This document shows positions 48,937-58,024 of a stretch of 64,000 nt of DNA, piece by piece. Numbering within the stretch: position 1 is the first letter of the stretch; each line of letters opens with the position of its first letter. The position numbers were made by a program, and so were the translations under genes. This DNA is from Candidatus Latescibacterota bacterium (GTDB lineage Bacteria > Latescibacterota > UBA2968), in assembly GCA_965116885.1 (NCBI GenBank), contig OZ220741.1:2304001-2368000 (forward strand), given 5' to 3'. The notes under the pieces are model-generated. The model had not been told where the DNA came from and did not search any database. It worked only from the letters and a program-made list of their open reading frames with translations.

Positions 48937-50196
48937 ATGAAGATCACGGAGATTGAGGTGATTCCGCTTCGGGTCCCGTATGAGGCGCGTATCCGGAAGG
49001 CGTATTATCATTTTGCGATGAAGGAAGAGGTGACGGTTTATAAGTTTCATACGGATACGGGGCTGATAGGGTTGGGGGAGAATGTGGGTTCGCCGTTTGG
49101 TCAGGAGATGCTGGATGCCTATATCGGGACGGATCCATTTGACCATGTGATGGGGCAGGGGCGATTTAATCTGGATATGGCGTGCTACGATTTGATGGGC
49201 AAGCATCTGGGGTTGCCGGCATGGAAGTTGATGGGGCAGCAGGTGCGTCAGTGGGTGTCTATGGGGTGGTGGATGCCGTGTATGTCGGTGGAGGATACCG
49301 CGGCGGAGGTGCAGGTGGCGGTGGAGCGGGGGTTCCGGGGGTTAAAGTGCAAGGCGCGGGCGTTTTACGATGTGGTGGCATGCGCGCAGGCGATTCAGGA
49401 TGTCGCGCCGGTGGATTTTCGGGTGGAGTTCGATTTTAACGGGGCGCTGATTTGTGTGGAGAAAGCGTTGCCAGTGTTGCAGGAGTTGGAGAAGATTCCG
49501 GTGGTGAAGGGGGTGGAGGAGCCAATTTTTGCGTATGATGTTGAAGGGTGGCGCAGGCTGCATGAGGCGATTCGAATACCGTTCTATCTGCACGGGGTGC
49601 GGGTGCTGTGTGAGGCGGCGTCGCGGCAGCCGTCGGGACCGTGGATAGGTCTTCGAGCGGGCGATTTTGATGGGGCACTTTGTAGCCACGAGTGTGTGCG
49701 AGATGCACTGGCGGCGGCCTGGACTTTTGCAGCGGCGAATACGCCGATTTTGTTGCAGTATGTGGGGACGGGGATTACGACGGCGTTTGCGCTTCAGTTG
49801 GGTGCGGTGATGCCGACGGCGACGCTGCCGGGGGTGACGGCGAGCCATTCTTATGAGGACGATTTGATTGTGGATGCACATTCGATGCAGCGCGGGTTTA
49901 TGAAGGTTCCAGAGGGACCTGGTCTGGGCGTGGTGCTGGATGAGGATGCCGTGGCGAAGTATCGGGAGACACCTGCTGTGGAATGGCCCCGGCATGTTTC
50001 GGTGGTAACGCTGCCGGGTGGTATCAAACATTTTTATAAAAATTTGCAGCAGGCAGAGCGGCTGATGAAACAGGGGGTGGATGAGTCGTTTGCGCCAGGT
50101 GTGCATCTGGATGAGTGGGAGGACGATGGGAGCGAGGAATTTGATAGGCTGTGGACCCAATTGCAGGCGCAGGATGCGCCGATTTGGGATGGGTAA
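48937..50196 (+). CDS. Enolase-superfamily mandelate racemase / muconate lactonizing enzyme
   Basis: MKITEIE, TD.G..GLGE, DMACYDL.GK, KCK, DFN, EEP, PEGPGLGV. Confidence 0.88.
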   Translation: MKITEIEVIPLRVPYEARIRKAYYHFAMKEEVTVYKFHTDTGLIGLGENVGSPFGQEMLDAYIGTDPFDHVMGQGRFNLDMACYDLMGKHLGLPAWKLMGQQVRQWVSMGWWMPCMSVEDTAAEVQVAVERGFRGLKCKARAFYDVVACAQAIQDVAPVDFRVEFDFNGALICVEKALPVLQELEKIPVVKGVEEPIFAYDVEGWRRLHEAIRIPFYLHGVRVLCEAASRQPSGPWIGLRAGDFDGALCSHECVRDALAAAWTFAAANTPILLQYVGTGITTAFALQLGAVMPTATLPGVTASHSYEDDLIVDAHSMQRGFMKVPEGPGLGVVLDEDAVAKYRETPAVEWPRHVSVVTLPGGIKHFYKNLQQAERLMKQGVDESFAPGVHLDEWEDDGSEEFDRLWTQLQAQDAPIWDG

Positions 50197-50198
50197 AG

Positions 50199-51746
50199 AT
50201 GAGATGGTTTCTAATAGCATTGTTGCTGTGGCCCCTGTGTGGGCAGGCTGAGGAGAGCGCGGTGATGCAGATTGAGACGACGATTGATTTTGGCAAAGAT
50301 GTGGGGCAGAACTGGGGTACGCTGTTTGAGGCGCGAGATGCAGAGGGTCGCACAGTTTTGGGCGCGGGGTTTACAGGTGTGTATAATACGGCGTTTCGCA
50401 TGGATCGCTATACGTTGCAGTTTTTTGTGCGGGATGATGAAGCGGAGATGAAATTTGAGACGCTGCCGCCTTCGACGGAGGATGGGGGGAGTTATCTGTT
50501 CGATCTGGATGGCCGGGTGTACGCGTGTAGCTACCATCAGGATCGGACTGCGAGAGCGTGGGACGATGTAGCAGGTGCCTGGCGGGTGGATGAGAGTTTT
50601 GACGTGGGTGAGACGGTGAGTGGGGAGGGCAAGATGCGGGTTGCGGGAAAGGTGCTTCAGTTTAAGGGAGGTGAGGCGTGGTATGATGGGGAGCGGGTTC
50701 TCGCAAAACCAGTGTCCGGATATTACCATCATTTTTATTACGCGCTGGGATATTTGACGTTTTTCTATAAGAATGAGGAGGTGGGACAGCCGTACACGAG
50801 ATTGTACGCGGTGTCTTGGGTGCCGGGAGATGGGGCGGTTGATCTGGAGAAGGCAGTGGTGCTCGATCTGAAGTACGATCGGGAGACGCCGTTTGCCATT
50901 GGGCAGCTTGGGAATGAGATTGTAAATTCGTCCAATATGGGCGGAATATATGCGTTTGACGGGGAGAGGTGGAAGGTGTTGCGCGCATCATTGGAGGGGG
51001 TGAGTTTTCAGCTTTATTCGATGCTGAATTGGTATGATAAGCTGTTGATGTCGCAGTATCCAACGGGTAATTTGTTTATTTACGATGGGGAGGAGGTTCG
51101 TCACCTGAAGGATTGGCCGCCTGTGATGCCGGGTGTGTCGGATAGGGTGCGAGAGGCGCAAACAACGGGGTTTTACGGTGGGGATCTCTATGTGGGGGTA
51201 TGGCCGTGGTCCGAGTTGTGGCGATACGATGCACACAGGGATCACTGGCAGTTTGTGAAGCGGATGTTCCGGCGTCCGCCAATTACGGATGAGATGAATC
51301 ATCCGTGGGAAGATCGGGTTGTGGCGTATAATGAAGGTCACGATGGCGATATGGTGCTTAATAACTGGGGACAGCGCGTGACGGGGTTGGCTCCGATGGG
51401 GGACGCGCTCTATCTTTCCGTGAGTGCCAAGGGGTGCCCCGAGCGAGATATGCGGCTTGCGTTTTTGCACGATGACGAGGTGTGGGATGAGTACCGCGTG
51501 GTGCATCGGTTGAAAAAGCCGGGTCATGTTTCTGTGCCGGTTGCGTGGCGCGAAGAGCCGACGACGCTGTTGTTCACGGTTGGCGAGGCGGAGATCAGTA
51601 TCAGGCAGGATGGGAAACTTCTGGGGACGGCGCCCGTTCGACGGGCACAGGTGGAGCAGGTGGTGAGGAAGGCCGAGGTTCAGTGGGAATACGGGATGTA
51701 TGGACCGCTGCGAGCGGGGTTGCTGTCAAAGGCGGTGGAACGGTAG
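50199..51746 (+). CDS. Secreted hypothetical protein, possibly beta-propeller
   Basis: Signal peptide MRWFLIALLLWPLCGQA; recurring aromatic-x-aromatic-D-G turns. Confidence 0.7.
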   Translation: MRWFLIALLLWPLCGQAEESAVMQIETTIDFGKDVGQNWGTLFEARDAEGRTVLGAGFTGVYNTAFRMDRYTLQFFVRDDEAEMKFETLPPSTEDGGSYLFDLDGRVYACSYHQDRTARAWDDVAGAWRVDESFDVGETVSGEGKMRVAGKVLQFKGGEAWYDGERVLAKPVSGYYHHFYYALGYLTFFYKNEEVGQPYTRLYAVSWVPGDGAVDLEKAVVLDLKYDRETPFAIGQLGNEIVNSSNMGGIYAFDGERWKVLRASLEGVSFQLYSMLNWYDKLLMSQYPTGNLFIYDGEEVRHLKDWPPVMPGVSDRVREAQTTGFYGGDLYVGVWPWSELWRYDAHRDHWQFVKRMFRRPPITDEMNHPWEDRVVAYNEGHDGDMVLNNWGQRVTGLAPMGDALYLSVSAKGCPERDMRLAFLHDDEVWDEYRVVHRLKKPGHVSVPVAWREEPTTLLFTVGEAEISIRQDGKLLGTAPVRRAQVEQVVRKAEVQWEYGMYGPLRAGLLSKAVER

Positions 51747-51797
51747 TTCGTGCAGGGACGGCCATTTGCACACATATTCTAATTCTGGAGGAGACGC

Positions 51798-52847
51798 ATG
51801 GCTGTTACACGTGAGGATTTACAGGCTGCTGTTGATCGGTTTCCGCGTACGGAATTGGCGGATTTGCCTACGCGGTTGGACGATTGTCCGCGGTTTTCAG
51901 AGACGCTGGGTGGGAAGGTGCGGGTGATGGTGAAGCGCGATGATTTGACGGGGTTGGCTTTTGGCGGGAATAAGACGCGAAAGTTTGATCTGGCGCTGGG
52001 AGATGCTGTGGCGCAAGGGGCTACGGCGTTGATAACGGGTGCGGCGTCACAGTCGAATCACGCGCGGCAGGCGGCGGCAGCGGCTGCCAGGCTGGGGATG
52101 AAGTGCGTGCTGGTGAACCGACACGATCACCGCAGTCAGATGGGTATTCAGGGCAATCAGTTGCTGGATAATATTCTGGGGGCGGATGTGCGGCTGGTTG
52201 TGGATGGTGTGAATCAGAATGAGGTGAAGGAGCGGGTTGTGGAGGACCTGACGGCGCAGGGAGAGAAGCCCTATTTGATCGGGCAGCGTGCAGTGGTGTT
52301 GGGTACGGTGGCTTATGTGGGCTGTGTGCTGGAGATTGTGGCGCAGCTTGAAGCGGTGGATGCACGGGCGGATTTTATTTGTACCGCGTCCGGTCACGGG
52401 ACACATGCGGGGCTGGCTTTGGGGGTGAAAGCGCTGGGGTTGCCGATTCAGACGCAGGGGTTTTCGCCGAGCAAGGGGGATGAGGCGCAGCGGAGGGCGA
52501 GGCTGGCGGAGGTGGGCAACGAGGCGGCAGAGCTTTTGGAACTGGATGTTCGATTGCGGGCAGAGGAGTTGGAGAATACGGATGCGTACGTGGGTGAGAA
52601 TTACGGGATTGTGACGGAGGCGGGATTAAATGCACTGCATTTGCTGGCGCGGACAGAGGGGATTTTGCTCGATCCGGTCTATACGAGTAAGGCGATGTCG
52701 GGGGTGATTGACCGCATTCAGACGGGAGAGATTCCGGAGGGTTCTACAGTGGTGTACGTTCATACAGGTGGGAATCCAGCGCTGTTCGCTTATGCGCCAG
52801 AGTTGATTTCACACGGAGATTATCGGCAAAATCTCGTGACTGGTTGA
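51798..52847 (+). CDS. D-cysteine desulfhydrase / ACC deaminase family PLP enzyme
   Basis: VKRDDLTGLAFGGNKTRK, QSNHAR, GT.AGL, EGILLDPVYT.K, HTGG. Confidence 0.9.
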   Translation: MAVTREDLQAAVDRFPRTELADLPTRLDDCPRFSETLGGKVRVMVKRDDLTGLAFGGNKTRKFDLALGDAVAQGATALITGAASQSNHARQAAAAAARLGMKCVLVNRHDHRSQMGIQGNQLLDNILGADVRLVVDGVNQNEVKERVVEDLTAQGEKPYLIGQRAVVLGTVAYVGCVLEIVAQLEAVDARADFICTASGHGTHAGLALGVKALGLPIQTQGFSPSKGDEAQRRARLAEVGNEAAELLELDVRLRAEELENTDAYVGENYGIVTEAGLNALHLLARTEGILLDPVYTSKAMSGVIDRIQTGEIPEGSTVVYVHTGGNPALFAYAPELISHGDYRQNLVTG

Positions 52848-52888
52848 GATGGTTCTGGAACTGGAGGCGAATTGGGTTTGTCTGTTTC

Positions 52889-53584
52889 TCATTGGTAGGC
52901 ACCATCGATAAGCGTCTTTCCAAATTCTGCGACAAATAAGAGAAAATCGCTAATACTTATTGTGCCGTCAAAATCTAAATCGCCATGTTTCGCCCTGAAA
53001 AGAGAGTCTTGTATCGCGGTAAAAATAGGAACTGTGCGGTTCGGGTCACTCCACACGCCCTTGTTTTGGGCCTTTGCTTCCTCTTGTGCTGATACAAACT
53101 CATTTCGCTTTTCGTATTCGTGTTCAACGTCTGCTACGCCATATCCCTGCCTTACCAATTCGAGGTTAAACAAAACGCCGTCCAAATACACGTAAACGAG
53201 CAACCTGTCAAAAGCGTCTTTTTGCTGGTGGTCAAAAGATAATGTTACTTTTTTTTCGTACAGTCTTTGTCGTGTGTATTCTTTTGCTTCAGGACCGTAA
53301 AAACCAACGGGTTCGAATGGGTGATTTGTCTCTGGCGTATCTATGCCTAACAAGCGCACGGTCACTGTGTATTCTAAATGCGTAACGTCTATTGTATCGC
53401 CGTCTTTCACGTCGGTTACTGTAAAGTACACGTCGTCGAGGTCAACGCATCCAGAAGGCGCATGGCAATGGTAGGTGTTATCCGATGTGTCAAAGTGACC
53501 GCCCTGTGAATCTTGCCCGCCTCCGTGGGCAATCGCTAATGAAGAAAAACAAAACAAATAGCCAAATATCAAAACCTTTTTCAT
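52889..53584 (-). CDS. Secreted thermonuclease (SNase) with YHYH-like N-terminus and EF-hand/dockerin-like C-terminal tag
   Basis: Signal peptide; HGGGQDSQGGH...YHCH; DGDT, VRLLGIDTPE, D.F.RLL.Y; GDLDFDGTISISDFLLF. Confidence 0.85.
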   Translation of the reverse strand: MKKVLIFGYLFCFSSLAIAHGGGQDSQGGHFDTSDNTYHCHAPSGCVDLDDVYFTVTDVKDGDTIDVTHLEYTVTVRLLGIDTPETNHPFEPVGFYGPEAKEYTRQRLYEKKVTLSFDHQQKDAFDRLLVYVYLDGVLFNLELVRQGYGVADVEHEYEKRNEFVSAQEEAKAQNKGVWSDPNRTVPIFTAIQDSLFRAKHGDLDFDGTISISDFLLFVAEFGKTLIDGAYQ

Positions 53585-53614
53585 GTTTCTACTCGCTTCT
53601 CAAAAATAGCAATT

Positions 53615-55141
53615 CTAAGCGTTTATTTCGCCTTTTAACCGCAGGCCACGGGATACAAAGACGCGTTCGAACAACTCAAACAGTCCCTGGACAATGAGTG
53701 CCAGCAATGCCGCGGGTACGGCGCCTTGTAAAATTAGACCGATATCGTCTAATCGAATCCCTGTTAAAATGGGTTGTCCATATCCCCCAGCGCCAATTAA
53801 TGCCCCCAGAGTCGCCGTGCCTACATTGATCACTGCCGATGTTTTGATGCCCGCCAGGATTGACCGCGAGGCTATCGGTAATGTTACCAGTCGAAGTTGT
53901 GCCCAGTCGGACAAACCCAATGCTGTTGCTGATTCTCGTATCCCCACTGGAATATCGTGCAGTCCCGCGTATGTGTTTCGCACTATGGGCAGCAAACTGT
54001 ACAAGAACAGTGCGACAATCGCAGGTGCCCCGCCAATACCCAATAACGGAATCATAAATACCAGCAGTGCCAGGGAGGGAATGGTCTGGATAATGCCCAC
54101 CAATCCCAAAATAACTTGTCCACCTCTTGCCCATCGGAATGCCACAATTCCCAGGGGAATGGATACCACAATCGCCCCGAAAAGAGATATTCCCACCAGG
54201 GTCAAATGATCCCATGTGTGTCGCCAGAATCGAGCGCCAGCAGTTTCTTTTTTTATTTTGACCTGTACATTGAGGTTCTCAGCCAGAAAATCAGCCGCAA
54301 CCTGGGCTTCTGACTTTTTCTCCAATTTGACCTGTGCATTCATGACCATCATTTTTTTTTCTGAGATCAGCCCCTCTAATTTTAAAATTTCCCTCACCAC
54401 TTGAGGTGCTCGATCTATCAAATCTACCCGATAGACAATGACGGCATTGTAAATGGGGAAATGCTGCAGGTCATCTACCAGCGATCGCAACCCGTAATAC
54501 TGGATCTCGGCATCTGTTGAATACATATCCATTACGTCAATTGTACCGCTCTCCAACCCGCGATAGGCCAGGTCGTGGTCCAATCCACTCACATGCTGAT
54601 GCGGGAGCACATATCGGTTCTGCAAACTCGGCCACCCATCTCCTCTGTCCATAAACTCGTTGCCAAATCCCAACTTCAAGTCTGGGTACTTCTTTAAATC
54701 AGAAATCGTCTGGATCCCCAGTGCTTCAGCCCTTGTTTCCACCATGCCCAGTACGTATGTGTTGTTGAATCCCAAAGGGCGACTCATCACAAGGCCCATC
54801 TCCGCCAACCGGGCGCGAATATCCGCTTCATCGCGCAAATTTTCTTCTGCCAAAATTTCTCGACTCAGGGTACCTGTGTAATCCGGATAAAGATCAATAT
54901 CGCCCGCAATCAATGCATTCCATAACACCCGCGTTCCCCCCAACTCGCGCCGATGCGTAACCGATGCGTTTACACTGCGCCCGATATGAGATAGTACTTC
55001 ACCCAAAATGACCGACTCGGTAAACTTCTTTGATCCCACGACAATTTCTTGTGCCTGGGTTGAGGTACAGAACAAAAAGCAAAATAGAATACACAGGGCG
55101 GTGAATTTCGCTGACGTTGTGGTGTCGTGCGTGCGCGTCAT
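53615..55141 (-). CDS. Glycine betaine/osmoprotectant ABC transporter, fused substrate-binding + permease
   Basis: VGSKKFTES.ILGE, YTGT, GFNNTY; C-terminal QTIPSLALL, ESA.ALG, IGAGGYG. Confidence 0.92.
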   Translation of the reverse strand: MTRTHDTTTSAKFTALCILFCFLFCTSTQAQEIVVGSKKFTESVILGEVLSHIGRSVNASVTHRRELGGTRVLWNALIAGDIDLYPDYTGTLSREILAEENLRDEADIRARLAEMGLVMSRPLGFNNTYVLGMVETRAEALGIQTISDLKKYPDLKLGFGNEFMDRGDGWPSLQNRYVLPHQHVSGLDHDLAYRGLESGTIDVMDMYSTDAEIQYYGLRSLVDDLQHFPIYNAVIVYRVDLIDRAPQVVREILKLEGLISEKKMMVMNAQVKLEKKSEAQVAADFLAENLNVQVKIKKETAGARFWRHTWDHLTLVGISLFGAIVVSIPLGIVAFRWARGGQVILGLVGIIQTIPSLALLVFMIPLLGIGGAPAIVALFLYSLLPIVRNTYAGLHDIPVGIRESATALGLSDWAQLRLVTLPIASRSILAGIKTSAVINVGTATLGALIGAGGYGQPILTGIRLDDIGLILQGAVPAALLALIVQGLFELFERVFVSRGLRLKGEINA

Positions 55142-55896
55142 TTCGCTATCTCTCCCGGCGCCATACTTTCCAACGGACTTCTCTGCGCATGCATAAACTG
55201 CGTCACAAATTCATGCGCCGGGTTCTGCATCAAATTTTTCAAGCTGCCAATCTGAACGATCTCCCCTTCCCGCATCAACACGATCTGATCCCCGAAAAAT
55301 CCCGCTTCGCCCATATCGTGTGTCACCATTACTACTGTTTTGCCCAATGTCTGAAATATCGAACGCAAATCAGATTGCAAATCCGCCCGAATCATCGGGT
55401 CCAGGGCGCCGAGTGGTTCGTCTAATAGCAATACGTCGGGGTCCAGCATCAATGCCCGCATCAATCCCACGCGCTGTTGCTGTCCACCTGACAATTCTCC
55501 TGGAAATCGGTCCAATCCATCTGCTGGAAAATGCGTTAAAGTTGCCAATGTCTCGATCCGAGAGTCGATCCGATCCTCCGCCCAACCCAGATAATTTGCC
55601 ATCAACGCTACATTTTTTCGCGCTGTTAAATGCGGAAACAAACCCCCCTCTTGAATCACATAACCCATCTTCTGCCGCAGCGACAACACATTTGCTGGCG
55701 TCAGAACTTGTCCTTCATAAGTCACCGTGCCCTCGTCGGGCCAGATCAGTCCCACCATCAATCGAATTAAGGTTGATTTGCCACATCCACTCGGCCCAAT
55801 TAACACCGTCGTCTGTTTAGCCTGTACGCTCAGGTCAACTTTGTGCAGCGCCTGCAAATCGCCAAATGTTTTCGAAACACCTGCCACTTCAAACAT
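55138..55896 (-). CDS. Osmoprotectant ABC ATP-binding protein
   Basis: GPSGCGKS, GYVIQEGGLFPH, LSGGQQQR, LDEP. Confidence 0.92.
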   Translation of the reverse strand: MFEVAGVSKTFGDLQALHKVDLSVQAKQTTVLIGPSGCGKSTLIRLMVGLIWPDEGTVTYEGQVLTPANVLSLRQKMGYVIQEGGLFPHLTARKNVALMANYLGWAEDRIDSRIETLATLTHFPADGLDRFPGELSGGQQQRVGLMRALMLDPDVLLLDEPLGALDPMIRADLQSDLRSIFQTLGKTVVMVTHDMGEAGFFGDQIVLMREGEIVQIGSLKNLMQNPAHEFVTQFMHAQRSPLESMAPGEIAK

Positions 55897-55907
55897 AACG
55901 TCTCCGC

Positions 55908-56858
55908 TTACACGTGGTTTCTCAACATCAATTCCATGGGATATGGGTTTAAGTAGGTTTGCTCGTGTACCCAGTCGGGTACGCGGTTGCGGTTGAGATG
56001 GTGTTTTAATAATGTGATTGGGACGATGAGAGGGAGCAGTCGCTGGCGATAGGATTCGAATACGTCGAGCAGTTCTTTTTTGTCCGCGGTGGTGAGTTCG
56101 TTTTTTATAAATCCCATTAAGTGCATCAATACGTTTACGTGTTTGCCCGGTGTGCTCATTACTTTCAGGCCTTCCATCAGCAATTTGCCGTATTGAAGCG
56201 TTATATCTTTGCGGGAAGACTGTGCGACCAGTTGGCCCAACTCGCTGTAGTGTTTTGGGCTGTGCGATAGAAGGCTCATTTTGATTCCGGTGTGAAATTT
56301 TACCAGGGCACCGGGTGTTGGATGATCGGTCAACATTTGCTGCCAGCGGTAATAGACAAATACGCGTTCAATAAAATTTTCCCGCAAGGGCAGATCATTT
56401 AGCCGCCCTTCTTCTTCGATGGGCAATAAGGGGAACCGGGCTGTCAATGCTTTTGCAAATAGTCCGCGACCATTGCGCGTGGGTATTTGCGTTTTTGGGT
56501 TAAATACCCGTACGCGAAATAATCCACAACTCGGCGAGTCCTTTTTGAGTATATAACCGTGCAGATTCAGGTCTGTCAGTTCGTTGAGCCGTTTTTCTGC
56601 CCAGGCCTGCATGCCAGCGGTGTGATCTGTTCCCGATTTTGGTGCAATGAGTCGCGGTGTTTCCGCGTCGCCTTCGAGCCGGATGGTCTCGCGCGGAACG
56701 CCCATCCCCATTTCTACTTCTGGACATACGGGTACCCATTCGACGTAATTGCCCAATACGGTTGTCAAAAATGGCATGTGTTTGTGCCCGCCATTATACC
56801 GCACTTCTTCGCCGAGCAAACACGCACTCACGCCGAGCCTCAGTTTTGATGTTTGCAT
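55908..56858 (-). CDS. DUF523 (TudS-like Fe-S desulfidase) + DUF1722 (YbgA) fusion, RudS-like
   Basis: GVSACLLG..VRYNGGH, VCPEVE.G.GVPR, SPSCG, EEEGRL.D..LRENF, YLNPYP.ELMLRNHV; true start MQTSK at 56858 behind GAGGAG. Confidence 0.88.
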   Translation of the reverse strand: MQTSKLRLGVSACLLGEEVRYNGGHKHMPFLTTVLGNYVEWVPVCPEVEMGMGVPRETIRLEGDAETPRLIAPKSGTDHTAGMQAWAEKRLNELTDLNLHGYILKKDSPSCGLFRVRVFNPKTQIPTRNGRGLFAKALTARFPLLPIEEEGRLNDLPLRENFIERVFVYYRWQQMLTDHPTPGALVKFHTGIKMSLLSHSPKHYSELGQLVAQSSRKDITLQYGKLLMEGLKVMSTPGKHVNVLMHLMGFIKNELTTADKKELLDVFESYRQRLLPLIVPITLLKHHLNRNRVPDWVHEQTYLNPYPMELMLRNHV

Positions 56859-56872
56859 TCTGGCCACTCTCC

Positions 56873-57904
56873 TCACACACCCACGGTACTCGATGCGAGC
56901 CACAAATGGGGATGTGTTTCCAGAATCAGATTTGCCACCTTTTGTACCGCCTTTTTTACGCCCCAGGTGGGGCGCGGCTGACCCATTGGCGCCAGTTTGA
57001 CCAATAGCTGATTGTTTTTGCGAAATAAGAGGGATATGCCGAAATACTGGGCGAGTTCTCCTTCGCGTACCATGACCGAGATGAGGCCGTGATTGTCGGG
57101 CAATTGGCAGTAGATGTCTGTCATTTTGATCACGACCTGCATATTCCGATGGGTTTCGCGCCACACCTGATCTGTGGCGTGTTCGATAAGTCTCAGTATT
57201 TCTTCGCGTTGGTATGCGCCTTCTAATACGATATTTGGCATTTTCCCGACCTTTTGAATGCGCGTTTCGACTGATGGTTCCGATTTTTGACGCCAGACAA
57301 AATAGTGGATGGGCACGCCCGCATCTATGGCTTTTTGTTCGTATTTGGTGGGGGTGCGTCCGGGTAACTGGTGAACAGATGGGGTGTTGTAAATGGATTG
57401 CAGGTGCGATTGTCGCGATAGCACGTCGGTGATCCACGTTGCGTACTCTGCGTGGTCTGTCGCTATGGTTACTTCGCCGCCCGGTTTTAATCGTTCGGCC
57501 AGTATTTTTATAAATGCATCTTGAATTAGACGCCGATTGTGGTGTCGCTCTTTGGGCCAGGGATCTGAAAAATTGATCCATATTTCCGATAGGGATTGCG
57601 GGGCAAATACGTGTTGTAATAAGAATGCGGCATCGCCCTCTATTGCGCGCACATGATTTAATTTCAGGGCGTTTAACCGCTTGAATAATCGGCGCATGGA
57701 TCCCCAGGCGCGCTCGATTCCGACAAAATGTGCATCGGGACGCGACACTGCCATATCGGATAGGAAATGGCCATTGCCAAATCCGATTTCGAGGATGAGG
57801 TCGCCTGACCGTCCAAAAATCTGTTGCCAATCTATCGGCCAATCCAATTGCAGCCAGGGGACTGTGTATTTTTGGATTTCCTCGCTCAGCGGTAGAGATG
57901 TCAT
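56873..57904 (-). CDS. trmB: tRNA (guanine-N7)-methyltransferase with long C-terminal extension
   Basis: LEIGFGNG, F.DPWPK.RH..RRL, ATD..EY, TKYE.K. Confidence 0.9.
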   Translation of the reverse strand: MTSLPLSEEIQKYTVPWLQLDWPIDWQQIFGRSGDLILEIGFGNGHFLSDMAVSRPDAHFVGIERAWGSMRRLFKRLNALKLNHVRAIEGDAAFLLQHVFAPQSLSEIWINFSDPWPKERHHNRRLIQDAFIKILAERLKPGGEVTIATDHAEYATWITDVLSRQSHLQSIYNTPSVHQLPGRTPTKYEQKAIDAGVPIHYFVWRQKSEPSVETRIQKVGKMPNIVLEGAYQREEILRLIEHATDQVWRETHRNMQVVIKMTDIYCQLPDNHGLISVMVREGELAQYFGISLLFRKNNQLLVKLAPMGQPRPTWGVKKAVQKVANLILETHPHLWLASSTVGV

Positions 57905-57924
57905 GCGTTATACCTGCGAATCAG

Positions 57925-57996
57925 CGGAGCGGTGTACAACTGCGCCAGCAGTTCATCAACGGAACGGGGTACAACTGGTTCGGTACAGTTCATCAA
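57925..57996. repeat. Imperfect tandem duplication (35 + 37 nt), each unit with a small hairpin
   Basis: CGGAGCGGTGTACAACTGCGCCAGCAGTTCATCAA followed by CGGAACGGGGTACAACTGGTTCGGTACAGTTCATCAA. Confidence 0.8.
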
Positions 57997-57997
57997 T

Positions 57998-58024
57998 GTA
58001 GGGGCGGTGCCCCTGTGCCCGCCC
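57998..58024 (+). repeat. GTAG-type REP-like palindrome
   Basis: GTAGGGGCGGTGCCCCTGTGCCCGCCC; shares GTAGGGGCG...CGCCC with the element at 38791. Confidence 0.7.

Noticed and set aside
56859..57842. 328-aa N-terminal extension of the DUF523 ORF in the track
   Set aside because: Overlaps trmB in another frame and looks non-protein-like; a good RBS precedes ATG 56858.
57901..57993. 30-aa minus-strand ORF (MNCTEPVV...RRYNA) with ATGA overlap on trmB
   Set aside because: No RBS, lies in repeat DNA, and the two repeat units are out of frame with each other; kept only as a repeat.
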